From contig CAVUWD010000006.1 in assembly GCA_963745025.1 (NCBI GenBank), positions 288,001 to 352,000 on the forward strand: a stretch of DNA of 64,000 nucleotides, read 5' to 3'. A model generated the notes under the pieces. That model made no database searches. It had not been told where the DNA came from and was given only the letters and a program-made list of their open reading frames with translations. The position numbers and the translations under genes were made by a program. Origin of the DNA: an uncultured delta proteobacterium (GTDB lineage: Bacteria; Desulfobacterota; Binatia; JACPRU01). Below are positions 50,043 to 58,886 of the stretch, one piece after another (the first letter of the stretch is position 1; each line of letters opens with the position of its first letter).

Positions 50043-51776
50043 TCACTTGTCCTTTTGGTGCACGTAGCGGCCGGGAGCCGGGACGATCGGGCGGTGCTTC
50101 GCGCTGCCGAGCTCGGCCGGGGCTGAGCGCTTCCCTGCCGAGCGCTTCGTCAGCCAATCGGCCCAGTGCGTCCACCACGATCCCTTCTGCTCCTTCGCGC
50201 CCTCGAGCCACTCCGTCGCGCCGGCCGAGAGATCCGGGTTGGTGAGGAAGCGCGCCTTCAAGTTTCCGGGCGGGTTCACCAATGCCTGGATGTGGCCGCT
50301 ATTGCTCGCCACGAACGTCGCCTTTCCGCCCATGAGCTTGGGCGTACGGTAGCAGGCGTTCCACGGCGTCAGGTGATCGGTGAGCGCGCCGATCGCGTAG
50401 ACGTCGCAGGTGACCTTCTTCAGATCGATCGGCGTGTCGAGGACCGTCACGGCGCCGGGCTGCGTGAGCGAGTTCTTGAGGAAGATGTCGAGAAACTCGG
50501 CGTGCAAGGTCGCCGGGAGATTCGTCGAGTCGTTGTTCCAATACAGGATATCGAACGCCGGGGGCGTATCGCCCATCAGGTAGTTGTTGACCCAATAATT
50601 CCAGACCAGGTCGTTCGGGCGGAGCCACGCGAAGACGCGCGAGAGATCCGAGCCCGAGAGGATCCCCTTCTCCGCGGAGCGGCGAACGGAGGACGCGATC
50701 GAAGCCTCGGACGTGAAGATGCCGATCATGCCGGGATCGCCCATGTCGATCATCGTCACCGGGAACGTCGCCGAGCTGAAGCGGTCGTCGCCACGCGCGG
50801 CGAGATGGGCGAGAAGGACCGCGGTCGTTATGCCGCCCGCGCAGGCGCCCATCACGTTGATCTTCTCCGCGCCCGTGATCTCGGCGACCGCATCGCTCGC
50901 CTCGATGAGTGCGGTGACGTAGGAGCCGAGCCCCCAGTCGCGCTGCGCCGGTGTCGGGTTTCGCCAGCTCACGGCGAACGTGGTGAACCCACCCTTCACG
51001 GCGAACTCCATGAAGCTCCGGCCGGGACCGATGTCGAATACGTAATACTTGTTCACCTGCGGCGGGATGAAGAGGAAGGGACGCTCGTAGACCTCCGGGG
51101 TCGACGGTGCGTACTGGATGAGCTCGAGCACTTCGTTGCGGAAGACGACCTGGCCCGGAGTGACCGCGAGGTTCTCGCCGACCTTGAACGGCCGCCGATC
51201 GACCTGTGACGGCATTCCGTTATTCTCCACGTAGTCCGCGACGAGGTTCTTGAGCCCTGCGGCGAGGCTCACGCCGGCGGTGTCGAAGGCCCGCTTGATC
51301 GCCGCCGGGTTACCGAGAAACGTGTTCGTCGGCGCGAGCGCCTCGGTCAGGAGCGAGAGCGCGAAGCGCGCGCGATCGCGGCTCTTCGGGTCGAGATCGA
51401 CCTGGTCGACGAGCGTATGGAGCGCCGCCCGGATGGCCAGGTAGCTTTGCATGACTCGACGGTAGCCCGGATGCCTGTCGAAGGCCGGATCGCCGAAGCG
51501 CTTGTCGCCCGGCTCCGGGCGACGCTCGCTCCGCCCGATGACGATCTCGACGAGCTCGCGCGCGAGTCCCAGGCCGCGGCGAGCCAGCAGGCCCGGGTCC
51601 ATCGCCGCCCGCGCCGCGAGACGGCCGGTGGCGGCGAGGATCTGCGATCGATCCATCGAGACGAGCGCGTTGACCGCCATGGCGCTGATGAGCGAGCGCT
51701 CGGCGGCCTCCTGGTTGCTGGTGGGTGGGCGATCGGACACGACGGCAGCGGCTAGATTCAGCTTCATTTGGCTCAT
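50043..51776 (-). CDS. phaC: PHA synthase, class II-like
   Basis: TPGQVVFRNEVLELIQY, PPQVNKYY, GACAGG, RPNDLVWNYWVNNYL, GHI, SWW. Confidence 0.93.
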   Translation of the reverse strand: MSQMKLNLAAAVVSDRPPTSNQEAAERSLISAMAVNALVSMDRSQILAATGRLAARAAMDPGLLARRGLGLARELVEIVIGRSERRPEPGDKRFGDPAFDRHPGYRRVMQSYLAIRAALHTLVDQVDLDPKSRDRARFALSLLTEALAPTNTFLGNPAAIKRAFDTAGVSLAAGLKNLVADYVENNGMPSQVDRRPFKVGENLAVTPGQVVFRNEVLELIQYAPSTPEVYERPFLFIPPQVNKYYVFDIGPGRSFMEFAVKGGFTTFAVSWRNPTPAQRDWGLGSYVTALIEASDAVAEITGAEKINVMGACAGGITTAVLLAHLAARGDDRFSSATFPVTMIDMGDPGMIGIFTSEASIASSVRRSAEKGILSGSDLSRVFAWLRPNDLVWNYWVNNYLMGDTPPAFDILYWNNDSTNLPATLHAEFLDIFLKNSLTQPGAVTVLDTPIDLKKVTCDVYAIGALTDHLTPWNACYRTPKLMGGKATFVASNSGHIQALVNPPGNLKARFLTNPDLSAGATEWLEGAKEQKGSWWTHWADWLTKRSAGKRSAPAELGSAKHRPIVPAPGRYVHQKDK

Positions 51777-51799
51777 ACCTCCTGAGAGGCTCTTGATAG

Positions 51800-51845
51800 T
51801 CAATTTTGATGGTTTCGTCAAATTAGAAATACTTGTCAAAATTGA
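51800..51845. promoter_or_regulatory. Candidate tandem TetR operators between phaC and tetR
   Basis: TTTGA-N8-TCAAA (51805-51822) abuts TTAGA-N8-TCAAA (51823-51840); outer arms TCAATTTTGA and TCAAAATTGA are exact reverse complements. Confidence 0.65.
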
Positions 51846-51871
51846 TCGACATGCTTATGCTGCTCGACACG

Positions 51872-52579
51872 ATGGTCGAGCCGGCACGTCCCCAGGTATC
51901 TACCCGCGGCCGCTACCTGCGCAAGCGCGAAAAGACCCGTGAGCGTCTGCTCCAGGCCGCCAAGCAAGTCATGGCGGGAACGGGCGTGGAAGCGGCGACG
52001 ATCGCCGAGATCGCCGCCGCCGCCGACGTCTCTCCGGGTACCTTCTACAACTACTTCGAGACCCGCGAAGAGATCCTCGACGCCGTCGCCGCCAACCTGG
52101 TCGGGGAGTTCCGCCGCGTCATGGATGTGATCCAGCGCGCGGTCGACGATCCGGCGGAACGGATCGCAGTCACCATCCGCCTGTTTCTCGAGCGCGTCCG
52201 CGACGATCGGCTGTGGGGCTGGTTCATGGCCCGGTACGCCCCGACCTTACCGATTCTGCGCGATCAGACCCGAGAGCTCATCCGCGAGCGAATCGTCGCC
52301 GATGGGCTCCGACGACGGCGGTTCCACCTGCCCTCGACGCGCGCGGTCGGCGACTTGATCGCCGGCACCTCGGTGACGGCGCTGCGATCGATCCTCGAGG
52401 GGCGCGCGCCGGTCGAGATGGCAACCGAGGTGGCGGAGCTCGTGCTGCGCGCGCTCGGCGTGCCGCTCGGCGAAGCGCACCGGATCGCCAACCGGCCGAT
52501 CCCGCCGCTGCGCACGGCGACGCAAGACCGCACGAGGCTGCGGGCTACCGCCTCCGTACTACGAGCAAGAACATCATGA
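51872..52579 (+). CDS. TetR/AcrR family regulator
   Basis: TRERLLQAA...ATIAEIAAAADVSPGTFYNYF. Start could be 51851. Confidence 0.92.
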   Translation: MVEPARPQVSTRGRYLRKREKTRERLLQAAKQVMAGTGVEAATIAEIAAAADVSPGTFYNYFETREEILDAVAANLVGEFRRVMDVIQRAVDDPAERIAVTIRLFLERVRDDRLWGWFMARYAPTLPILRDQTRELIRERIVADGLRRRRFHLPSTRAVGDLIAGTSVTALRSILEGRAPVEMATEVAELVLRALGVPLGEAHRIANRPIPPLRTATQDRTRLRATASVLRARTS

Positions 52580-52620
52580 AGGCTCTTCCTGTAGCCCGAA
52601 GCCCGAAGTCTGTAGCCCTT
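52536..52620. repeat. Heptamer-armed palindromic repeat
   Basis: GGCTGCGGGCTACCG...CTACGAG...CCTGTAGCCCGAAGCCCGAAGTCTGTAGCCC. Confidence 0.65.
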
Positions 52621-52686
52621 CGTATCGCGCGACACGACGACGAGCGTCCCGTCGCGGCCTCCCTCTTTCAAGGTCGCGAGCTTCAT
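52620..52686 (-). pseudogene. 5' stub of a fumarylacetoacetate hydrolase family gene
   Basis: MKLATLKEGGRDGTLVVVSRD, ATGA-coupled to hmgA, ends at the repeat. Confidence 0.75.
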
Positions 52687-53804
52687 CCCTTCCAGGAATC
52701 GACGTAGCCGGTCCACTCGACGCCCTCGGGAAGCGGCGCGACGTCGAGCGCGTCGCGGGCGTCGATCATCACTGCGACTTCGTCGGTCTCTTTGCGTGCG
52801 TGCTTCGCTCCCGCCGCGAACGCCTTCGGATGCGGGCCGTGCGTGAAGCCGCCGGGGTGCAGCGTGACCATTCCCGGTCGGATGTTGTCGCGACTGAAGA
52901 AGTCACCGCGGTGGTAGAAGATCACCTCGTCAAAATCGTCGTTGCTGTGGAAGAAGGGCACCTTGAGCGCGCCCGGGTCGGACTCGATCGGCCGCGGACA
53001 GAAGGTGCAAACCACGAACCGGTCGGCGACAAACGTGGCATGCGCCGATGGTGGAACGTGGAAGCGGTGACTGGCGATCGGCCGGATGTCGCGCCAGTTG
53101 AGGCGCACCGGCGCGAGCGATCCGTGCCAGCCGACCGCGTCGAGGGGGTTGAACGGGAAGCGCACCGTGCTGAGCGCTCCGCGCCGCTGGATCACCACGC
53201 GCCAAGGGGATTCGCCTTGCTGGGCGCGAAACGCCTCGTTGATCTTCGGCGTGTCGAGGACGGCCGGATCGAAGATCGCGTGTTGGCCGACGATCCCGCG
53301 CTCGGGCAGGCGGTAGCTTCCGTTCGTCGCCTCGAGGAGGAGCATCGTCGCCGGCTCGGCGCACTCGATCCGCCAGAGCGTGCCGCGCGGCAGCATCACG
53401 TAGTCCCCGTCGCGGAACGAGAGGTGGCCGTAGTCGCAGAAGAGCTCGCCCCGGCCTGCGTGGACGAAGAGAAGCTCGTCGCCATCGCCGTTTCGCACCA
53501 GATGATCCATCCGCCCCTCGGCTTGCCACAGACGGAGCCGCAAACTTCCATTGACGAGAAACTCCGTCGCCGTTGAAGGGGTGGACGATCGCACCGCGAG
53601 CTTCGTCAGATCGAATGCGCGTGGCCGGAGCGGACCCTCCCAATCCGTCCAACCGGTGGGTGGATGGGCGTGGTACATCTGCGTGGCGGGCCCGAAGAAT
53701 CCTTCCTTGCTGATCTCGCGCTCGAAGGTCCCCTCCGGAAGATCGGCGTGCGCCTGACGCGACGCTCGGCCCTCGATGCGGGGAAAGGGGATCCAAGTCT
53801 TCAT
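52683..53804 (-). CDS. hmgA: Homogentisate 1,2-dioxygenase
   Basis: EGFFGP, NGDGDELLFVH, HVPPSAH, PFFHSNDDFDEVIFYH, HPGGFTHGPHP, EVAVMID. Confidence 0.93.
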   Translation of the reverse strand: MKTWIPFPRIEGRASRQAHADLPEGTFEREISKEGFFGPATQMYHAHPPTGWTDWEGPLRPRAFDLTKLAVRSSTPSTATEFLVNGSLRLRLWQAEGRMDHLVRNGDGDELLFVHAGRGELFCDYGHLSFRDGDYVMLPRGTLWRIECAEPATMLLLEATNGSYRLPERGIVGQHAIFDPAVLDTPKINEAFRAQQGESPWRVVIQRRGALSTVRFPFNPLDAVGWHGSLAPVRLNWRDIRPIASHRFHVPPSAHATFVADRFVVCTFCPRPIESDPGALKVPFFHSNDDFDEVIFYHRGDFFSRDNIRPGMVTLHPGGFTHGPHPKAFAAGAKHARKETDEVAVMIDARDALDVAPLPEGVEWTGYVDSWKG

Positions 53805-53972
53805 GACGGCGCCTCCGGGGCTTCCTCTGAATACGACTCGGTGCATCCGGCGCGCAACGGTCGGAAATCAATCCGTCGACCGCGAACGCGAGTCTACGGT
53901 GCTCGAAAACGTTTCGTTAACGGCTCATCAACCCGCCGCCAGCAACACGCAAGGGCCGCGGATCATCGGCCT

Positions 53973-55226
53973 TCACCTCGCGTCTGCTTTCGCCGTGAAC
54001 CGCACCGGCATGTGCTTGATGCCGGACTGGAAGTTCGATTGCAGACGCTCGATCCGGCCGTCGAGCTCGATGTCGGGGAGCCGCCAGAGAAGCTCTTCGA
54101 AGAAGACGCGCATCTCGAGCCGGCCGAGGAAGGCGCCGAGGCAGAAGTGCGGCCCGATACCGAAGGAGAGATGATCGTTCGGCGATCGCGCCGCATCGAA
54201 CTTCCCCGGCTCGGAAAACACGCTCTCGTCGTGATTCGCCGAGGCATAGTAGACGACGACCTTGTCGCCGGCGCGGATCCGCACGCCATGAAGCTCTGTG
54301 TCTGCGGTGGCGGTGCGGCGAAAGCACATCACCGGGCTCGCGAACCGCAGCATCTCCTCGATCGCACTCGGCAGCAACGAGCGATCGGAGAGCAGCCGCT
54401 CGCGGCTGCGCGGGTGCTCGATGAGCGCGAGCATGCCGCCGGGAATGGCATTGCGTAGCGTCTCGTTTCCGGCCACCGCGAGGAGGAAGAAGAAGTTCTC
54501 GAATTCTTCGTCGCTGACCTTCTCGCCGTCGGCGTCGCTCAGCAAGAGCATGGTGAGGATGTCCTCGCCGGGACGGCGCCGCTTCTCTGCGGCCAGCGCG
54601 TGCGCGTAGTCGAACATGTCGGCGAGCGCACCCCGCGAGCGCGGGTCGATCGGTCTCCCCTGCGCGTCGTACCGCGCGTACTCCGGGTCCTGAAAGCCGA
54701 TCACCCGGTTGGCCCAGTGAAAGAGCAGATGGCGGTCGTCGCCGGGCACTCCCATCACGTCCGCGAGCGCCGAGACCGGCAGGTCGGCCGAAAGATCCTG
54801 GGAAAAATCGCAGCGCCCGAGCGGCGCGACGCGCTCCACTGCGGCGCGGGCGCGGGCGCGGATCCCTGCCTCCAGGCGAGCGACGTTGCGCGGCGTGAAG
54901 GCCTTGCTGACGATCCGGCGCAGCCGCGAATGCGCGGGCGGGTCGAGATTCAGCATCATCTTCCGCTGGAAGTCGAGATCCTCGGGCTTCGGGTCGCGAA
55001 TCTGCGTCGCGCCGAGATGAGAGGAGAAGAGCTCCGGATTGCGGTTGACGCGCTCGACGTCCGCGTAGCGGGTGATCGCCCAGTAGCCGCGCCCGGCCGG
55101 CCAGTCGAGGATCGCATGCTCCTCCTGCCAATAGACCGGGCACTCTCGCCGCAGGCGGGCGAAGGCCTCGAGCGGCAATCCCGCGAGGTAGGTGCGCGGA
55201 TCGTAGAGGTCGACCCCGAGATCCAT
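53973..55226 (-). CDS. Cytochrome P450 (CYP124/125/142-like)
   Basis: LDPPAHSRLR, AGNET, EMLR, FGIGPHFCLG; TGATG overlap with paaK. Confidence 0.95.
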   Translation of the reverse strand: MDLGVDLYDPRTYLAGLPLEAFARLRRECPVYWQEEHAILDWPAGRGYWAITRYADVERVNRNPELFSSHLGATQIRDPKPEDLDFQRKMMLNLDPPAHSRLRRIVSKAFTPRNVARLEAGIRARARAAVERVAPLGRCDFSQDLSADLPVSALADVMGVPGDDRHLLFHWANRVIGFQDPEYARYDAQGRPIDPRSRGALADMFDYAHALAAEKRRRPGEDILTMLLLSDADGEKVSDEEFENFFFLLAVAGNETLRNAIPGGMLALIEHPRSRERLLSDRSLLPSAIEEMLRFASPVMCFRRTATADTELHGVRIRAGDKVVVYYASANHDESVFSEPGKFDAARSPNDHLSFGIGPHFCLGAFLGRLEMRVFFEELLWRLPDIELDGRIERLQSNFQSGIKHMPVRFTAKADAR

Positions 55227-56536
55227 CACCGCGGTCGTCGATCGTAGACGCGCTGGGCCTTACCGAGCGAGCGCTCGACACCCCCCTCCGAGCGAATCTC
55301 CACGTCGACCGTGACGCCGATCCGCGACTTGATCTTGCCCGCGAGCACGCGTGCGCTCTCCTCGCGGTCCTCCGTGCCCGAGCCTGGCCGGCCCTCGCCG
55401 ACGACGCGGATCTCGTCGAGCGTCCGGGGCCGACTGATCTCGAGAAAGAAATGCCCGGTGAGGCCGGGATCCTCGAGGATCATCTCCTCGATCTGCGTGG
55501 GAAAGAGGTTCACGCCGCGGACGATCACCATGTCGTCGCTGCGCGCGTGGATGCGGGCGATGCGCCGGAAGGATCGCGCGGTGCCGGGTAGCAGGCGGGA
55601 GAGATCGCGCGTGCGGTAGCGGACGACGGGCAGCGCCTCCTTCGTGAGCGAGGTAAAGACGAGCTCGCCGGGCTCTCCGTCGGCGCGCGGCGCGCCCGTG
55701 TCCGGGTCGACGATCTCCGGATAGAAGTGGTCCTCCCAGACGTGCGGGCCGTCCTTGGTTTCGAGACATTCGCTGGCGACGCCCGGGCCGATCACTTCGG
55801 ATAGTCCGTAGAGGTCCACCGCATCGATCGCGAAGCGGTCCTCGATCTCGCGCCGCATGGGCTCGCTCCAGGGCTCGGCTCCGTGAATACCGACGGAGAG
55901 GGAGGAGTCCCGCGGATCTATGCCTTGGCGATCGAACTCGTCGGCGATCGCCAACATGTAGCTCGGCGTGACCATGATGATCCGCGGGCGAAGGTCCCGA
56001 ATCAGCTGGACCTGCCGCTCGGTCATGCCCCCCGAGGCCGGGACGACCGTGCAGCCGAGGCGCTCGGCGCCGTAGTGGACGCCCAGGCCTCCGGTGAAGA
56101 GCCCATACCCGAACGCGACGTGGACGAGATCGCCGGGCATGCCGCCCGAGGCACGAAGCGAGCGAGCGCAGACGTCTGCCCAGGTGTCGAGATCCTTCTG
56201 CGTGTAGCCGACGATCGTGGGCTTGCCGGTGGTGCCGCTCGAAGCGTGAATCCGAGCGACGCGCTCCCGCGGCACCGCGAACATGCCGAACGGGTAGGTC
56301 TCGCGGAGATCGTCCTTGGTGGTGAAGGGAAAACGGGCGAGGTCGGCGAAGTCCCGCAGGTCGCCGGGGTGCACACCGGCGGCGTCGAACGTTTCACGAT
56401 AGCGAGGGACGTTGTCGTACGCGTGCGCGAGGGTCCAGCGCAGCCGCTCGAGCTGGAGAGCGCGGATCTCGTCGATCGAGGCGCGCTCGATCGGCTCGAG
56501 CGCGTGACGTTCAGGCGGCCGCGCGCGCGTCTTCAC
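55226..56536 (-). CDS. paaK: Phenylacetate-CoA ligase
   Basis: HASSGTTGKPT, FGYGLFTGGLG, YGLSEVIGPGV, RYRTRD, RGVNLFPTQIE. Confidence 0.95.
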   Translation of the reverse strand: MKTRARPPERHALEPIERASIDEIRALQLERLRWTLAHAYDNVPRYRETFDAAGVHPGDLRDFADLARFPFTTKDDLRETYPFGMFAVPRERVARIHASSGTTGKPTIVGYTQKDLDTWADVCARSLRASGGMPGDLVHVAFGYGLFTGGLGVHYGAERLGCTVVPASGGMTERQVQLIRDLRPRIIMVTPSYMLAIADEFDRQGIDPRDSSLSVGIHGAEPWSEPMRREIEDRFAIDAVDLYGLSEVIGPGVASECLETKDGPHVWEDHFYPEIVDPDTGAPRADGEPGELVFTSLTKEALPVVRYRTRDLSRLLPGTARSFRRIARIHARSDDMVIVRGVNLFPTQIEEMILEDPGLTGHFFLEISRPRTLDEIRVVGEGRPGSGTEDREESARVLAGKIKSRIGVTVDVEIRSEGGVERSLGKAQRVYDRRPR

Positions 56537-56565
56537 GATCCTGCCGCGTGTCCTGTCCGTCTCGA

Positions 56566-57342
56566 CTACCAGCGTGCGCCCGGAAACACGCGGGCAACGC
56601 TCTGCATCTCGGAGAGCATCCGTCCGAGCGCCTCACCATGCCGACCGTCACGCCCGCCTCGCTGCATCCACGCCGGGTCTTTCGGCCCCTCCAGCCCGGC
56701 TTCGGCGAAGGTCTTGAGAACTTCCTCCCGCCACGGCGCGCGCAGCACCTCGGGATCGAAGACCACGCGCGCCTCGACGAGACGGCGCACGAGATCGTCG
56801 GTCTCGAAGAGCTCTCCGGTGAAGATCCACAGCTCGCCCAGCGCCGCCTGCATCCGGCGGCGGCTCTCGTCGGTGCCGCCGCCGAGGCGGAGCAGCCACT
56901 CCCGACTGTGTCGCAGGTGATAGGCCGCCTCCCTCGCGGCCCGCACGGCGAACGACGCGAGCGGCCGATCGCCCGAGGCCTCGAGCGCCACGGACAGGTG
57001 GAGGTCGAACGCATCGAACAAATACTGTCGGGCGATCGTGAAGGCGAAGTCGCCGTTCGGCTGCTCGACGAGAAGGAGATTGCGAAACTCCGTGACGTCG
57101 CGGAAGAACGCGAGGTCGTCGGCCGACCGACCGCGGCCCTCGAGGCGACCGGCGGACTCGAGCAGCAGGCTCGCCTGATCGAGCAAGTCGAGCGCGAGAT
57201 TGCCGAGCGCGAGCTCCTCTTCGAGCACGGGAGCGTGACCGCACCACTCGGACAGGCGATGGCCGAGCACGAGGCGATCGTCGCCGAGGCGTAGCGAGTA
57301 TTCGGCGAGATCCCTCTGCAAGCGATTCTCGCTCGTCATCAA
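56566..57342 (-). CDS. paaC: Phenylacetyl-CoA epoxidase subunit C
   Basis: LGHRLSEWCGHAPVLEEELAL, LVEQPNGDFA, LGGGTDES, FPGARW. Confidence 0.95.
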   Translation of the reverse strand: MMTSENRLQRDLAEYSLRLGDDRLVLGHRLSEWCGHAPVLEEELALGNLALDLLDQASLLLESAGRLEGRGRSADDLAFFRDVTEFRNLLLVEQPNGDFAFTIARQYLFDAFDLHLSVALEASGDRPLASFAVRAAREAAYHLRHSREWLLRLGGGTDESRRRMQAALGELWIFTGELFETDDLVRRLVEARVVFDPEVLRAPWREEVLKTFAEAGLEGPKDPAWMQRGGRDGRHGEALGRMLSEMQSVARVFPGARW

Positions 57343-57641
57343 AGGCCTCGCACCCCGCGCGGCACCTTGTAGAATTGCGGATGCCGGTAAATCTTGTCGA
57401 ACGCCGGCTCGAAGAAGGGCGCGCGATCCGCGGGTGTCGTCGCCGTGATCGCGCTCGACTCGACGACCCAGAGGCTCGCCGCACGGCCGCGGCGCGCATA
57501 GACGTCGCGCGCGTTCTGCAGCGCCATCTCACGGTCGGGGGCGTGGATGGAGCCCGCGTGAACGTGCGCGGCGCCGCCCTCTTCCTGGACGAAGACCTCC
57601 CAGAGCGGCCACTCCGCAGGGCGGGATGCCGGCTCGCTCAT
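57339..57641 (-). CDS. paaB: Phenylacetyl-CoA epoxidase subunit B
   Basis: WPLWEVF, HAGSIHAPD.EMALQNARDVY, DKIYRHP. Confidence 0.95.
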   Translation of the reverse strand: MSEPASRPAEWPLWEVFVQEEGGAAHVHAGSIHAPDREMALQNARDVYARRGRAASLWVVESSAITATTPADRAPFFEPAFDKIYRHPQFYKVPRGVRGL

Positions 57642-58612
57642 CAACCGACTTGCGGGGCGGCGCCGGCGCGCCGCTTCGCCTCGTACGCATCCGCCGCCTC
57701 GCGCACCCAGCGACCCTCCTGGTGGGCACGGCGGCGGTCGCGGAGCCGTTCCCGATTCATCTGGCCGTCGCCGCGGACGACTCGCCAAAATTCCTGCCAG
57801 TCGATCGCGCCGAAGCGCCACCGTCCGCTCTCCTCGTCCCAGCGAAGCTCGGGATCCGGAAGCGTCAGTCCCATCGCCTTCGCTTGCGGCACGGCGAGAT
57901 CCACGAAGCGCTGTCGCAGCTCGTCGTTCGACTTGGGCTTCACCTTCCACCCCATGAGCTCGGCGCTATTCGGCGACTCGTCGTCGGGTGGTCCGAACAT
58001 CATCAGAGTCGGCCACCACCAGCGATCGACGGCGTCCTGCGCCATCGCCCGCTGTTCCGGCGTTCCTTGCGCGAGCGTCGCCAGGATCTCGAAGCCTTGC
58101 CGTTTGTGGAAGTTCTCCTCTGCGCAGATCCGCAGCATCGCCCGCGCGTAGGGCCCGTAGGAGGTCTTGGCGAGCATCGTCTGATTGATGATCGCAGCCC
58201 CGTCGACGAGCCAGCCGATCGCCCCGACGTCCGCCCAGGTGAGCGTTGGATAATTGAAGATGCTCGAATACTTGGAGACGCCGGCCAGCAGTTGGTCGAT
58301 CATCTCGTCGCGTGAGACGCCGAGCGTCTCCGCGGCCGCGTAAAGATAGAGGCCGTGGCCGGCCTCGTCCTGCACCTTGGCGAGCAGGCCGATCTTCCGG
58401 CGCAGGCTCGGCGCGCGCGTGATCCAGTTGCCTTCGGGCAGCATGCCGACGACCTCGGAATGCGCGTGCTGGGACATCATCCGCACGAGTTGCTTGCGGT
58501 AGCGCTCGGGCATCCAGTCGCGCGGCTCGATCGTCTCGCCCGCATCGATCCGCGCTTGAAAGGCGATTTCCAGCTCGGCCGTTTTGTCGCTCGGTGTCGG
58601 TTCCATGGGCAT
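57641..58612 (-). CDS. paaA: Phenylacetyl-CoA epoxidase subunit A
   Basis: [40 protein letters not shown]. Confidence 0.96.
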   Translation of the reverse strand: MPMEPTPSDKTAELEIAFQARIDAGETIEPRDWMPERYRKQLVRMMSQHAHSEVVGMLPEGNWITRAPSLRRKIGLLAKVQDEAGHGLYLYAAAETLGVSRDEMIDQLLAGVSKYSSIFNYPTLTWADVGAIGWLVDGAAIINQTMLAKTSYGPYARAMLRICAEENFHKRQGFEILATLAQGTPEQRAMAQDAVDRWWWPTLMMFGPPDDESPNSAELMGWKVKPKSNDELRQRFVDLAVPQAKAMGLTLPDPELRWDEESGRWRFGAIDWQEFWRVVRGDGQMNRERLRDRRRAHQEGRWVREAADAYEAKRRAGAAPQVG

Positions 58613-58626
58613 GGTCAATCGCGACG

Positions 58627-58656
58627 CTGATACGAAACGATGGACCAAAGTGTCAA
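58627..58656 (-). promoter_or_regulatory. Sigma70-like promoter of the paa operon, overlapping an imperfect palindrome
   Basis: TTGACA-N18-TATCAG on -; TGATAC-N16-GTGTCA could be a repressor site. Confidence 0.45.
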
Positions 58657-58886
58657 GCACTTGTTTCCTATCTGCATTTGTTTCCTATCCAGAACATGAA
58701 GGCTCGCAGCGAGGTCGCCCCTCAACTGCGCGGGCTACTCGCCGAGCAGCGCTCCTCGCCAAACTCGAGGGCGAGGACAAGTTCCTTAAGGCTGCCTGAC
58801 TTGCCTGCCAACGATACGTCACCGCAATTGTGAAGGAGAGTACTGCGGGCAACGGTTTCTGATCTAACCGTCGGCATGGAATGCCG

